Translations under genes and position numbers: made by a program
Shown: positions 1-11,615 of the stretch, in pieces
Position numbering within the stretch: position 1 is the stretch's first letter
How the letters are laid out: each line of letters starts with the position of its first letter
Source: Sphagnum compactum
Lineage: Eukaryota
Length of the DNA: 64,000 nt
Assembly (NCBI GenBank): GCA_965153455.1
Contig: OZ234493.1
Location: 15,490,213 to 15,554,212 of the forward strand
Direction of reading: 5' to 3'
Notes under the pieces: generated by a model
The model's input: only the letters and a program-made list of their open reading frames with translations
The model's database searches: none
What the model was told of the DNA's origin: nothing

Positions 1-872
1 ATCAAGGGAATCATCAATGTAAGATTAATTTTACTTCATGTAGATTGCATTTGAAATTTTTTTGTTGGAAATGTTTATTCATCAAGGATTTTACTTGTCT
101 TTTGTGGTGTAGAGCACAATAAATACATTAATATGGTTCAAATATGTGTATATATATGTATATATATGAAAGTTTTACTTGTATTGAATGTGCCAATTTG
201 TTGATGATGTTAAATCTCACCAACTTTTCTTGTTTTGATTAGGATATGTTGAATGCAGGCACCGACACAACTAGTACCACTATAGAATGGGCACTTGCAG
301 AGCTTGTAAAGAACCCAAATATCATGAAGAAAACTCAAGATGAATTGGACCATGTGGTGGGACATGACCGTATAGTAGATGAAGATGACATACCTCAATT
401 GAAATACCTTCAAGCTGTTGTGAAAGAAACTTTTCGCCTCCATGTTACAATACCTTTGATAACTCGTGAATGCATGACAAACTGTAAAGTGGGAGGTTAT
501 GACATACTTGCAAAAACACCCATTATTGTTAACATATGGGCTATCCATCGACATTCATCTGCTTACGACAATCCTTGGGATTTCAATCCTGAAAGGTTTG
601 TTGGAAGTGGGGTTGATGTGAAAGGTGTTGATTTTGAATTGTTGCCATTTGGAAGTGGGCGAAGGGGATGCGTCGGTATGCCTTTGGGTTTGATGCAAGT
701 TCAATATGAATTGGCTCGACTTCTTCATAGCTTCACATGGAACTTGCCGATAGGGGAAAATCCTCAAAACATGGATATGGGCGAGGTGTTTGGTCTCACT
801 CTTCCAAAAGTCATTCCATTGGAAGTGATTCCCATTGCACGACTTCCCCTTCACATGTATGGACCTTTATAA
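1..872 (+). CDS. Cytochrome P450, A-type (CYP71 clan), 3' part only; the 5' end lies outside the window
   Basis: Exon fragment 1-18 (IKGIIN), GT-AG intron 19-242, last exon 243-872 (DMLNAGTDTT...YGPL*). It has the I-helix AGTDT, ExxR (ETFR), PERF and the heme motif PFGSGRRGCVG. The phase-0 intron just before the I-helix is the conserved A-type P450 intron. Confidence 0.95.
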
Positions 873-2413
873 TTAAAGCTTGTATATTTCAAGATATAAG
901 TTCAAATTACATACCAAAAGGTAGAGGTAACATAATATCTTGTTATAATTAAGATATTGAAAATTAATTGTCTTCAAGCACCACAAATTCATATAAAAAT
1001 AAAATTTTAAATTATCCTTGTGTTTCCAATAGAAGCTAATTTTATGAACTAAATATTTGCACCTTGAGTGAGTGTGACTACAAATGTAAACATTATTGTA
1101 TGTTCAATATGAATGAGACACTTATCCATGTTGATTTCATTTGCATGTCCAAATACAAACAACCACATGTAATTTAATATTAATTTTGACTTGTATTTTT
1201 CGTTTGAATGACATTATTTTATTCCTTATGATGTATCGATATTTTTGATATGATGTAAGATTTCCTTTTAAGTTATTTATGTAGTGAATTTTCTTTCGTT
1301 TGGTTTACAACATTTGTATACATTAGAATACAAAAACCTCATATAAATGTTTATTGTTTAATTTGTGGGTGCAACATGGCTAAGAGAAATGGGGCCCGAA
1401 ACTTTGAATATTTCACAAATGTAGTGGTATTGGTAGGTGAGCAATTTAGTTAGACAAATGTCCTTCCCACTTGTGTTACTATTGTGTTCTTGTGGCTTTT
1501 GTTGAATTTTGGCTAGAAAGACAAGAATCTTGAAATAACAATTATGCATGGTTGACTAACAAGGGAGAGATGGTGATAACCATCTTATCCTATTGTCAAA
1601 GATAACCCAATTTTTCACTAGATCAAACTTCAATTTTGTTGAGAAACGACGACAACTAGAGGTTTTATAAACTCAAAAAAAAGTTGATGTTAGGACCAGA
1701 CTGAAGGGTCCATAAAAAACTTTAAAAGATTCATAACCATGACCGAAGGTTCCTTCTATAATTAAGAACCAAGCAACACTATTTTTCAGTTAATGAGGAT
1801 TGAGGATTAGAGCATCTCCACCATTAGCGATAAAAATGACTTGTAAACAATACATTGGATGAAGTATAACCTTTAAATCAATTGAAACTGAATTTGGACC
1901 AATAAGCATGAACAAATTGTTTTTTGGGCAAGTTTTACTTAAGGAGAAAGAAAATTTGATTAGAAAGAAAGATCTAACACGACACTTAAAAAGAGTTTTT
2001 GTGAAAAAAAATGCACCAAAATCACCTAATGCAACATGTATAAAGAAATTTCATGAAAAAAATGCACCAAAGTTATCAAGGAAAAAATTATGACATCACT
2101 ATGTTTAGACAATAGGTTCCAATAGGTAGCCAAATATAACATAATTTTGAAATACCTTTTTGATCTGTTGCCAAATTTGGCTAATTCTTCTTATATTTGA
2201 TCACCAATCTGGTATGGAAAGCTCATGTAAAGTGACTACTTTTGATTGGCCGACGATAATGATTGGCTCATGTGGTAGCATTCAAATAGTCGCTCACTTC
2301 ATAGTGTCCAATTTTTCATGTTTATGGGTCAGGATGGGGAAATAACTCACTCTATGTTGGATGTGGAAAACATGGAGCAAGGGTGCGGGTGAAGATTTTT
2401 TTAGGGCATCCAC

Positions 2414-2491
2414 AAACACAACTCTTTACTAAAAAATTATCTCCCAACTTCAAACGCAACTCTTTACTAAAAAATTATCTCCCAACTTCAA
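2414..2491. repeat. 38-bp tandem duplication (x2)
   Basis: CAACTCTTTACTAAAAAATTATCTCCCAACTTCAA occurs twice, head to tail. Confidence 0.9.
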
Positions 2492-3296
2492 GCATGAAAG
2501 AAGACGACTCTTCACTCACAAACAAACCATTTAAGTCATGTGCATAGTATGCTATTGACAATTGTGTGATCTAATTTAGCTGAATCAAAACTGCATTGAA
2601 TTGCTCTTGCGAATTAACTAGTTTGTCATGAAGAGTACAAAGAGACTACTTGTAAAAAAATCCAACTACTTGTGTAGTGAAAGCGCTAACTTCTCTTACA
2701 AGTAAATCCATCCAATTTTTATACAAGCTCCCGTGATCCTCTTAAACCCTTGAAGTGTTTATGGTACAATTACCTAGCCTCCTCCTTCTCCTTGTGTTCT
2801 CGAATAGGAGGGCTCATGAGAACTGACAAGCATCTACCACACAGTTCAGCAATTAGCCCCCCGCAAACGGGTTTTGGGTTCTCATGGCCACTTGCAAATT
2901 CACAACTGCTAGGGGAAGACTTGCAACAACCGGAAAGACTTGATCATCATCATCTTCAGTGGACTTGTATCATCATATTTGCACCCTTTGGGTGTGGTTT
3001 TGTACTAAGAAACTTTCAATTGCTACCATAGACAAGAACTGCAGTCCAAATGCTTTACTCTTGTAACACAGCACGTACTTGTAGTTAGCAGCAGCTGCAG
3101 AGGATGTTGAAACATGGTGAGACTCAATTCTGCAAAGAAAACCCAAATTGGCATGAAGAAAGCACGAGTGTTGCATGCTTCATTGACTCCATCACTCTTG
3201 TTGCTCAGCAGCACCACTGTCTGTGGTTTCGATTCTTCTGGAAATCTCCAGTAAGGAGACAGTTGCTGTAAGAATTGGAAGCTCTTACCCTGTCTA

Positions 3297-6200
3297 TCAC
3301 AAGCCAAGAAAGTTGGGTGTTGCAACAATGTAGTTCATGGTATCAGTGGCCTTTGTTTTGCTCATCATGTCCTTTGCAATATTCTTCATTTGTGTAGTAG
3401 CAGTACCCTGCCAGATTGAGTCAGAGATATTACTTTTGCAGTTTAACTTTTCCTCATAGCTTTTGGGTTCAGCTTCTACAAGCAACTGCACCACCTCACG
3501 CATTGATGGCCGGTTGTTTGGGTGCCGGCACAAGCACAGCACTGCAACTCTCAACATCAGGATCATGTCATCATGTGCTGCACGCCCCAGTCTTGTGTCA
3601 AGAACTTCATATAGCCCCTCAGTGCTCTGGATTTTGTCCATCACCCACTTCACCAAATCAACACCTTCGCCAAACATGGCCTCAATTGGTCTCTTCCCTG
3701 TGATGAGCTCCAGCAACACAACACCAAAGCTGTAGATGTCGCTCTTCTCACCAATGTTTAAGGTATAAGCATACTCTGCAGCATTCCATATGCCATCAAC
3801 CAAAACATGTTAGCTCAAAAATACTATTCATCAAAATCATGGCCTGCAATTTATTCATTGCATTGATCCATGACCCAAAATTTGTCAATTTAGAATTTAT
3901 TCTATCAACCCCATCACCCAAAGCTAGTTATGTTAATGCACGATTCCAAGATGCACAGTGAGCAAGAAGAAACAAAAAATATACACAAAGACAAAGTGAG
4001 GGACAGTAGTACATTCTTTCATAGAAAATTTACCAGGAGCAATGTAACCATAGGAGCCTGCAACCGCCGACATGGATTCTCCCCTCCATGTTGTGATGGT
4101 TGTGGTTTCAAGAACTCGAGCAAGCCCAAAGTCAGCAACATGTGCCTCATAGTCAGCATCAAGAAGTATGTTGTTTGATTTCACGTCCCGGTGCACAATC
4201 TGTGGCAAACAGTCATGGTGCAAGTACTCCAAACCCTGCAAAATAAGAAATGAATGCAGTTTTTCATATCATTGTTGAAGCTCTCCAGCTGCTGGCCACC
4301 ACAATACACTGATCATGTACTCCTATGTATATATGAGATTGCAGAGAAATCTCCAAAACAACACTTTGAAGGTAACATGACAATGAGTGCAGTCATTAAC
4401 CTTGTGAGAGAATCTCACAAAGTGTCAGACCATCAGCTTCCTCATGAATTGCAGTGACAAGCTGCCATGACTACTCACTGCTTCATCAGCTCCTTACAAT
4501 GGGTGTAGATAAGTATACAATGATCTACCCAAAATTCAGGCAAATATTAAACACAATCTGCATCCTGAGTTTTCTCTTTGATTTCCAGAAGCAACAGGAT
4601 GATGTAATACTCTATGTACAGCTACACCATACATACAAAAGAGAGGGACGGTGATCACAAGCGTTCTATTCTTCCGTACCTGCGCTGCCCCTAGTGCAAT
4701 CCTGTAGCGCATAGCCCAGTCCAGCGTGCCGCCTTTGGTGCTGTGCAGGATGTCGCCCAGGCTGCCATTGGGCATGTATTCATACACAAGGAGGTTTGAC
4801 TCATTGTTTGAACAACAGCACAAGAGCTTCACAATATTCCGGTGTCGGATTTTCCCTAACGTCTCTACCTGCATGATGCCAAAGATGCTCTGATAATCAG
4901 AATTTGTATTTCAATTTGCACATGAATGTTTGGTGCAGATCAGATATGACAGTGAGTATGTAAGGAGTTTTTCAATTCATAGCTGTACCTCAGCTCTGAA
5001 TCCATGATCATGTAATGCATCACCCTTCATCTCCCCCCACCCAAGCTTTTTCACAGCAACAGGTTGGCCATTGCCGAGTACTGCCTTGTACACTTTCCCA
5101 GATCCACCACTTCCAATGACATTATCTGGATTGTTGCAGAATTCTGCAATCTCGTACTCCTTCACTGTCACCTTTTGGAACGAAGTCAAGTGCCACGAGG
5201 CGTTCCGTAAAAGTCCCTTGCGCTGCTCATTGAAAACTTTGTACCTCCGGTAAAAGCAGCATGAGCCAACAATGAGTACAATCATTGCTGCCACAAAAGT
5301 TCCAACCACTGCTGACACCATCACTCCATTCGACTTGCTGCTTGTTTGCTGCCCGCTGGCTTCACAGTTACTGGCCACATCACACAAATATGGGTTACCT
5401 TTGGCATCTGTGACTGGAAGGAGACCTGGCGGCAGCACACCAGAGAGGTTGTTGTATGAGACATCAAGATTCTCAAGTGGCAACCTGCTGAGGATGGATG
5501 GGACCTCGCCTGTGAGGGCATTATGTGAAAGATCCAGAACTGTGAGGCTGCTAAGCTCACCAAGCTCACTCGGAATCGGTCCAGTAAGCAAATTCATTGA
5601 AAGGTTCAGTGTGCTGAGGTGTGAACAGTTTCCAAGTGCTGGCGGTATCCCACCCATGAAAGCATTTTGGCTGAGATCAAGCCAGTTGAGCTGAGAGAGA
5701 TCACTGAGCTGTGGAGGGATTGAACCTGAGAGGTTGTTGCCAGATGCAGAGAGCTTTTGTATCAGAAGGAGGTTGCCAATTTCTTGGGGAAGTGGACCCA
5801 CAAACCAGTTGCTGGAGATGTCAAGTGTACCTAAGTTTAAAGCAGATCTGATGGTGGGCTGTATGCTTCCGTTGAGCATATTATTGTGTGCTGTAAGAAT
5901 CAGCATTTCAGGTGCCCCCCAGAGACCATCGGGAATTGGTCCTGAGAGTTTATTGATCTCAAACCGAACACGAGCAAGAGTCATGCAGCTTCCATAGACA
6001 TCAGGTATCATGCCTGAAAACATGTTATTGAAGAAGATGAGTTCAATTAACTGCTGTCCGTCACAAAGATGAGCTGGGACGGGTCCAGAGAGCAGATTTG
6101 TGGAGACATCAAATCGTGTAAGGTTGCAGTTTTGCCCCAAGTTGCCTGGAACACTGCCTGTGAAGTGGTTCTCGAAGAGGACAAACTCTGTCAGTGTCTG

Positions 6201-8383
6201 AAGAGTAGCCATACCTGGTGGTATGCTGCCACTGAAGTTGTTTTGCCAGAGGTGGAAGATTGACAGGTTTGCCAAAGTTGTCACTGACTCTGGTATTGCA
6301 CCACTCAGTTCGTTCTGTGAGACATCAAACTGTGACAAGCTTCTGAGGTTTCCGATAGTTGCAGGCAGTTCCCCTGAGAGCTGGTTTGCATACAGCTCAA
6401 TCACTTCAAGATTTGGAAGTTCCATCAGGCTTAATGGGATTGAACCTGTAAGCTGATTCTCTGAAACATCCAAGCTCACAAGCTCGGTCAAGTTGGCAAA
6501 GATATCAGGTATTGATCCATTCAGCAAGTTTCCCCTCAACCAGAGAGTCTGAAGTGCTGTCAAGCCTCCCAGAAATCCTGGAATCTGGTCGGTCAAGTTA
6601 CAGTATGCAAGGTCAAGATACTGCAGGCTTGGCATCACCTGAACCCACTCTGGAATCGGCCCCTCAGTGAAGTTACTGGAGCTTAGGTCAAGCACTTTGA
6701 GCTTTGTGAAACTTGCAAACCATGAAGGTATAGCTGCAAGTGTGAAATTTGCAAGGCCAAGATGTATTTCGGTCAGGTTTGTGAGCTTCCCAAGGCTGGA
6801 TGGCAAAACTCCAGTGAAGTTTGCAGCTTTGAGATTCAAGAGCTGCAGTGCCGGCAACTCCCCAAAACTATCAGGGATTGATCCTACAAAATTTGAGTAT
6901 GAAAGGTCTAGTATTTGGAGTTTTGTCAGCTGTGAAATCATTGTGGGTAGAGGACCTCCGATGTATGTGATACTCAGGTTCAAGGTCATGAGGTTGCTGC
7001 AATTGAGCAAATCAAGAGGAAAGTAGCCACCCATGTTTGTATTTCCAAGGTCCAGAGCTGTAAGATTTGTCAACTGACCTGTAACAGCCAAAAGCAACTA
7101 CCAATGGTGTTAATACCATGTATTTGCAGCTCACAGTTTCAAACTGATCTAAAGCTCACAGTTTGCCAATCTCTCCATGAAGGAGAAGCTGGATGACCAC
7201 TCTAGTCTCCACATATTAGAGATCAGGATGACCTCTTGACACCAAGCACTACTGTTGCCTACCACAGTCAGGCAGACCATTCTGCCAACCATATCAGGGA
7301 GAAACTGATATGACCACTGATAGAAGACCATAGGAAGTACAAGACTTGCTTGAGATAGTCAGCTGTACACTTGGAAGCACACAGCCTCTTGGACTAGATT
7401 GTCTGGCTTCATGATGACTCTTTGCACAACATGAAAATGAAGCATAAATCAACAAGAGCAATACAAATTGCTTCCACCAACGAAAACCTGCTTGCAGAGC
7501 TCTATAAGAAAACTTAACAGCACAACCAAACAGAAACTGTAGAAGGTAGAAAAAAGGCAAAGAAAGGAGAAATGGAAGAAGAACCAGTGTTGTACAACAA
7601 CCACTCGCCCACCGAGCCAAACAAGATAGAGAAATAGATTAAGTACATTGAAGTCTCAACAGAGACTTTGACATCATTGGGTGAAGCTCATCTTGCATTT
7701 CTTGATTGAAAGAGAAAAAATTTAACTGAAAAACCATATGTACAGAAGAATACATGGAGAGGAGTACAACATTGCAATTATAAAGTTGGACAACTGCATG
7801 GAATGCATAAATCAAACACTTGTGAACTAACTTCCTGGTGAGCGCAACCAATGACAAGACAAGAACAAACTCCAAATGATAAAAGAGATGGCAAGTATTC
7901 TATCTTAAGAGAAGCTGATGATGACGACAGTAGGTAATAACAGACTTCCTGACAAAAATTGCGGAGACAAAAGAAAGGATCAACAGCAAGTTTATTGTTC
8001 CTGCTTGAGCTGATCTGAACAGGAGGGGAGCTGCATTGGAAGCTTGTGAAGAAAAAGGACCCATCTGAAAGAGATCTGGGTTTGATTAGCTCTTTACCTA
8101 GGACACCTTCGGGAACTTCGCCTGAGATATTGAAATTGGACAGATTGATGTTGGTGACTGAGCTTCCTGTGCATGTGACTCCTGTCCAATTGCAAGGAAG
8201 GACATCTGTTGCCACCCAGTTTGTAAGCTGATGGCTACCATCTGTGATATTGTTCTTGAACTGCAAGAGTGCTTGACCCTCCTCAGACAGTCCCTTTGCA
8301 GATCTGGCGGCAAGGAGCCAAAGCCCGGGCAACAGCAATATTATGGCTCGTAAAAGCCTCAAATTCCAGAAAATATTCTCCAT
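3297..8383 (-). CDS. HSL1: LRR receptor-like kinase, subfamily XI, HAESA/HSL1-like (~1081 aa)
   Basis: Exons 8383-8098, 7078-4989, 4868-4680, 4235-4034 and 3775-3297; all introns GT-AG and phase-consistent (3246 nt). Signal peptide, CNWTGVTC cap, 24 LRRs, GNPYLC cap, TM segment, WHLTSFQK juxtamembrane motif and an RD kinase ([34 protein letters not shown]). [23 protein letters not shown] is HAESA/HSL-like. The symbol is family-level; orthology was not tested. Confidence 0.93.
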
Positions 8384-9049
8384 GGCAGCAGATTTCTTCA
8401 CGCGCAGGAAGAAAGAAATGAGCACTAGGAAAAAGAAAACTGAAGCTGATTACAGAGTTGATTTTCTCTTTCTTCCCGCTTCCTTTTTCTCCTCCTCTTT
8501 GGACACTCTCATGCTGGTGATACCAAACATCTAATTTCCACAACAGCCACAAACTTCATCATCTTGATAATATCCATCATCTCTCCTCAGCCCTATTCTT
8601 GCATGCCCCCTCAGAAAAGAAAAACCTCTTGAGGATGTTGCAGAGCTCAGAAGTGAAACAACAAAACCAAAACAAACAGGAGCTTCTTAAGGATCCAAGA
8701 GACACTTCCGATCCAACTAACTCAGCATCTCATACAACATCTTCTCAACATCAACTTACACATACACACATACAAATACATATATACTGTGAACAGGTCT
8801 AAAGATGGAGAATGCACAGCACATCCAAAAACAAAAAAAAGAAACAGAGTCAAAATCTACTGTCCAGAGCTTCTTCAGATCAAAAGAATTTCAACTACCT
8901 CAGACTCTCCTGTCCTCTCCTGTCTTCTCCTGTCCTTGTTGAAGATTGAAGTAGTAGCAGCTTGCAAATAGATCTGGAATGGATCTAAATTTCCGATATC
9001 TATTACAAGAATAATCTTACACGAAGAGAATCACTACAGATCACAGAAT

Positions 9050-9053
9050 CATC

Positions 9054-9084
<31 letters not shown>

Positions 9085-9725
9085 AAACTGCTAACTGGCC
9101 ACAGACAGAAAAAACAGAAGTTGTTACGGAAAGGAAAAAACAGAACAGAACAGAGAAGAGCAGAGAAGAGCACATGAATGCAGCAAGGGAATGGCTTAAC
9201 AAGGGAAAGTCTCTTATCACCTTCACAAGGTGCACTAGGTGACAAATGTGGACTGGCGTCCACAATCTTCGACAGCTGCAACAGCAGCCAGCATCCAGCC
9301 AGCCAGCCAGCCAGCCAACCAGTCAGCCAGCAAGCAAGCAAGCCACAGTCTGCAGACATGAACAGAGACACAAGCTGCTGCCGCCGCTGCTGCTGCTGCA
9401 GAATCATCAACAACACTGTTTCTTTCTTGTCATTTGTTTTCTTGCTTGCTTTCTTTCTCCTAATTTCTCCTCCATTCCTCGCTGCTGCTGCTGCAGTCCT
9501 TTGCGATGTCGCAGTAAGTACTAACAACAACAACTACTACAACTACTCTGGATGCACTTTTGCCATTGAATAATATAACATACTTCAGCACAAAGAAAGA
9601 TAAGAAAGATAACAGACAAGACAAAACAAAACCAAACCAAACCAAACCAAACAAAGAAAGAGACAAAATCACACTCTCCCTCTCTCTCTCTCCCTCTCTC
9701 TCTCTCTCTCTGTCTGTCTGTGTCA
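9050..9725. repeat. Microsatellite cluster in the kinase 5' leader: (CA)n, (CCAG)n, (GCT)n, (AAC/ACT)n, (AAACC)n, (CT)n
   Basis: Simple repeats are directly visible at ~9052-9078, 9288-9342, 9374-9398, 9480-9494, 9523-9546, 9627-9652 and 9674-9720. Confidence 0.9.
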
Positions 9726-9749
9726 GCCTGTTTTCTTTTTTCCTCTGGC

Positions 9750-9771
9750 ATTATTTATATATATATATATA
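9750..9771 (-). promoter_or_regulatory. Probable TATA box of the receptor kinase gene
   Basis: On the minus strand, a (TA)n run ending in TATAAATA (9759-9752) is followed by a GA-rich leader and a microsatellite-rich 5' region leading to the ATG at 8383. Confidence 0.5.
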
Positions 9772-9797
9772 CAATTTTAATAATTTATCATTATTTA

Positions 9798-10414
9798 TGT
9801 CAATTACCATTCTGAAGACAATTTAAAAAATAACTACCTATTTCATTTCTTTTTTTAATAATACTTTTTTTAATTAATTAATTTTTATAAATAAGTATCT
9901 CTCACCTTTCTTAACAATTACCTCCATTTTAGAACTATCTCACCCTCTTTTTTTCCCTATCCACCACCAACATGAATATGGAAAAATAAATAAATTAACA
10001 CGTGTCTTTTTCATGTGCATGAAATGTATATTTATTTAAATTAAAATTTGACATTGACATAAATAATGATGAATTATTGAAAATCATATGAAAACATTCC
10101 AAAAAAAAAATTAAATTAAAAGTGGATTGTCGCTAGTAGTGCATGAGAGCACGGAGCTCAAATTTAAATTAATATACATTTCATGGACTTGAAAATACAT
10201 ATGTTAATTTGGTTTTTCATATCCATGTTGGTGGATAGAGGAAAAGAGTGAGGTAATTATAAAATGGAGGTAGTTATTAAGAAAAGTGAGAGATAATTAT
10301 TAAGAAAGTTAATTAAAAAAGAAGAAGCAGTTTTTTTATTTTAATAAATGAAGTAATTAGGGTTGAAAATGACGAAGTTATTTTTGAAATTGTCTTTGGA
10401 ATGGTCCATTGACA
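9798..10414. mobile_element. Long foldback element (MITE-like, ~250-bp imperfect inverted arms)
   Basis: The left arm (TGTCAATTACCATTCTGAAGACAATT...ATCTCTCACCTTTCTTAACAATTACCTCCATTTTA...CCACCAACATG...CATGAAATGTATATT) is the reverse complement of the right arm (AATATACATTTCATG...CATGTTGGTGG...TAAAATGGAGGTAGTTATTAAGAAAAGTGAGAGAT...AATTGTCTTTGGAATGGTCCATTGACA). Confidence 0.8.
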
Positions 10415-10479
10415 ACCATACAAAGGATTCCCAAAAATCCCCCATATATATATCGGTTTTGATTACTTGTCACTAAAAT

Positions 10480-10995
10480 TAAAACTGCCAAAATCAAGTG
10501 CTCTTTGAGGGTTTTCAATAGCCATAATTTGGGCAACATTTTTTAAAAAATTGCAAGATTTTTATACAAAAAATGGTTCAAGTTATGGAAGCCAAAAATA
10601 TCGAAGGATGGTTTTTTAAAAATTCCTTTTTAAGTTAAGCTTTTAACCAAATTTGGCTAAATCTTCTTGTGGATCATCACCACTTTGGAAAGATCATGAA
10701 ATTGACCCCAAAAAAAAAAACACAGGCATAATATTATATTAACAATTAAATGTGCTAAAAATCAATTGGGAATTTGCAATGGCCAGAATTTGATCAAAAT
10801 TTCAGATAAATTGCCAGGTTTCTTCTATACAAGGGCGGTTCAAGTATGTAGCCAAAAATCTCAAAGAATGTTTATTTTAAATTTGTGTTTAAATTAAATT
10901 TAGCTTTAAACCCAAATTTGGCTAAATCTTCAACGGGACCATCATCAATTTGGCTACATCATGAAATTGAGCCCAAAAAAAAAAAAAAACAAAAA
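10480..10995. repeat. Two tandem copies of a dispersed repeat with palindromic core CCAAATTTGG
   Basis: Each copy has GGTTCAAGT..., then AGCCAAAAAT, CCAAATTTGGCTAAATCTTC and ATCATGAAATTGA, then an A-run. Related copies lie near 2171, 13030, 19112, 27008, 44170, 50318 and 57324. Confidence 0.75.
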
Positions 10996-11191
10996 AACAA
11001 AAAAAAACACTGGCACACAGACACAGACAACCACAGACTCCAAAGGTTTGTTTATATGTAAATTTAAGTACAACAATTTTTTCATGGTTTTTGTTGATGG
11101 CAGTGAAGTAAGCAAAGACAGTAAAAGTACTAAACTACAAAGAACACGACTACCAACGGACAACAATAACAACAACAACACAAGAAGAAGG

Positions 11192-11615
11192 ACATCAACA
11201 ATGACATGATGCACATAGTTTGATGCTAAGCTTGTTTTCTGGTACCTTACTTAGTACCACAAGCTGCAACAACGTACTTGAGAGAGAGAACTTTTACCAA
11301 CATCAACAACAAGACCACCACAGCAAGTAGGTGCTTGGTGCTTATTATGATCACACATCAACAATGACATGATGCACATAGTTTGATGCTAAGCTTGTTT
11401 TGTGGTACCTTACTTAGTACCACAAGCTGCAACAACACAAGAAGGACATCAACAATGACATGATGCACATAGTTTGATGCTAAGCTCGTTTTTGTGGTAC
11501 CTTACTTACTTAGTACCACAAGCTGCAACAACGTACTTGAGAGAGAGAACTTTTACCAACATCAACAACAAGACCACCACAGCAAGTAGGTGCTTGATGC
11601 TTATTATGATCACAA
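11192..11615. repeat. Triplicated unit (two ~165-bp copies plus one ~80-bp partial copy), each with a GTAC-bearing hairpin
   Basis: ACATCAACAATGACATGATGCACATAGTTTGATGCTAAGCT...TGGTACCTTACTTAGTACCACAAGCTGCAACAAC starts at ~11192, ~11355 and ~11446. Confidence 0.9.

Noticed and set aside
9003-9533. ORF with a hydrophobic stretch and SPSAP, as a possible IDA-like peptide precursor
   Set aside because: The hydrophobicity comes from microsatellites, there is no C-terminal peptide motif, and it lies in the kinase leader.
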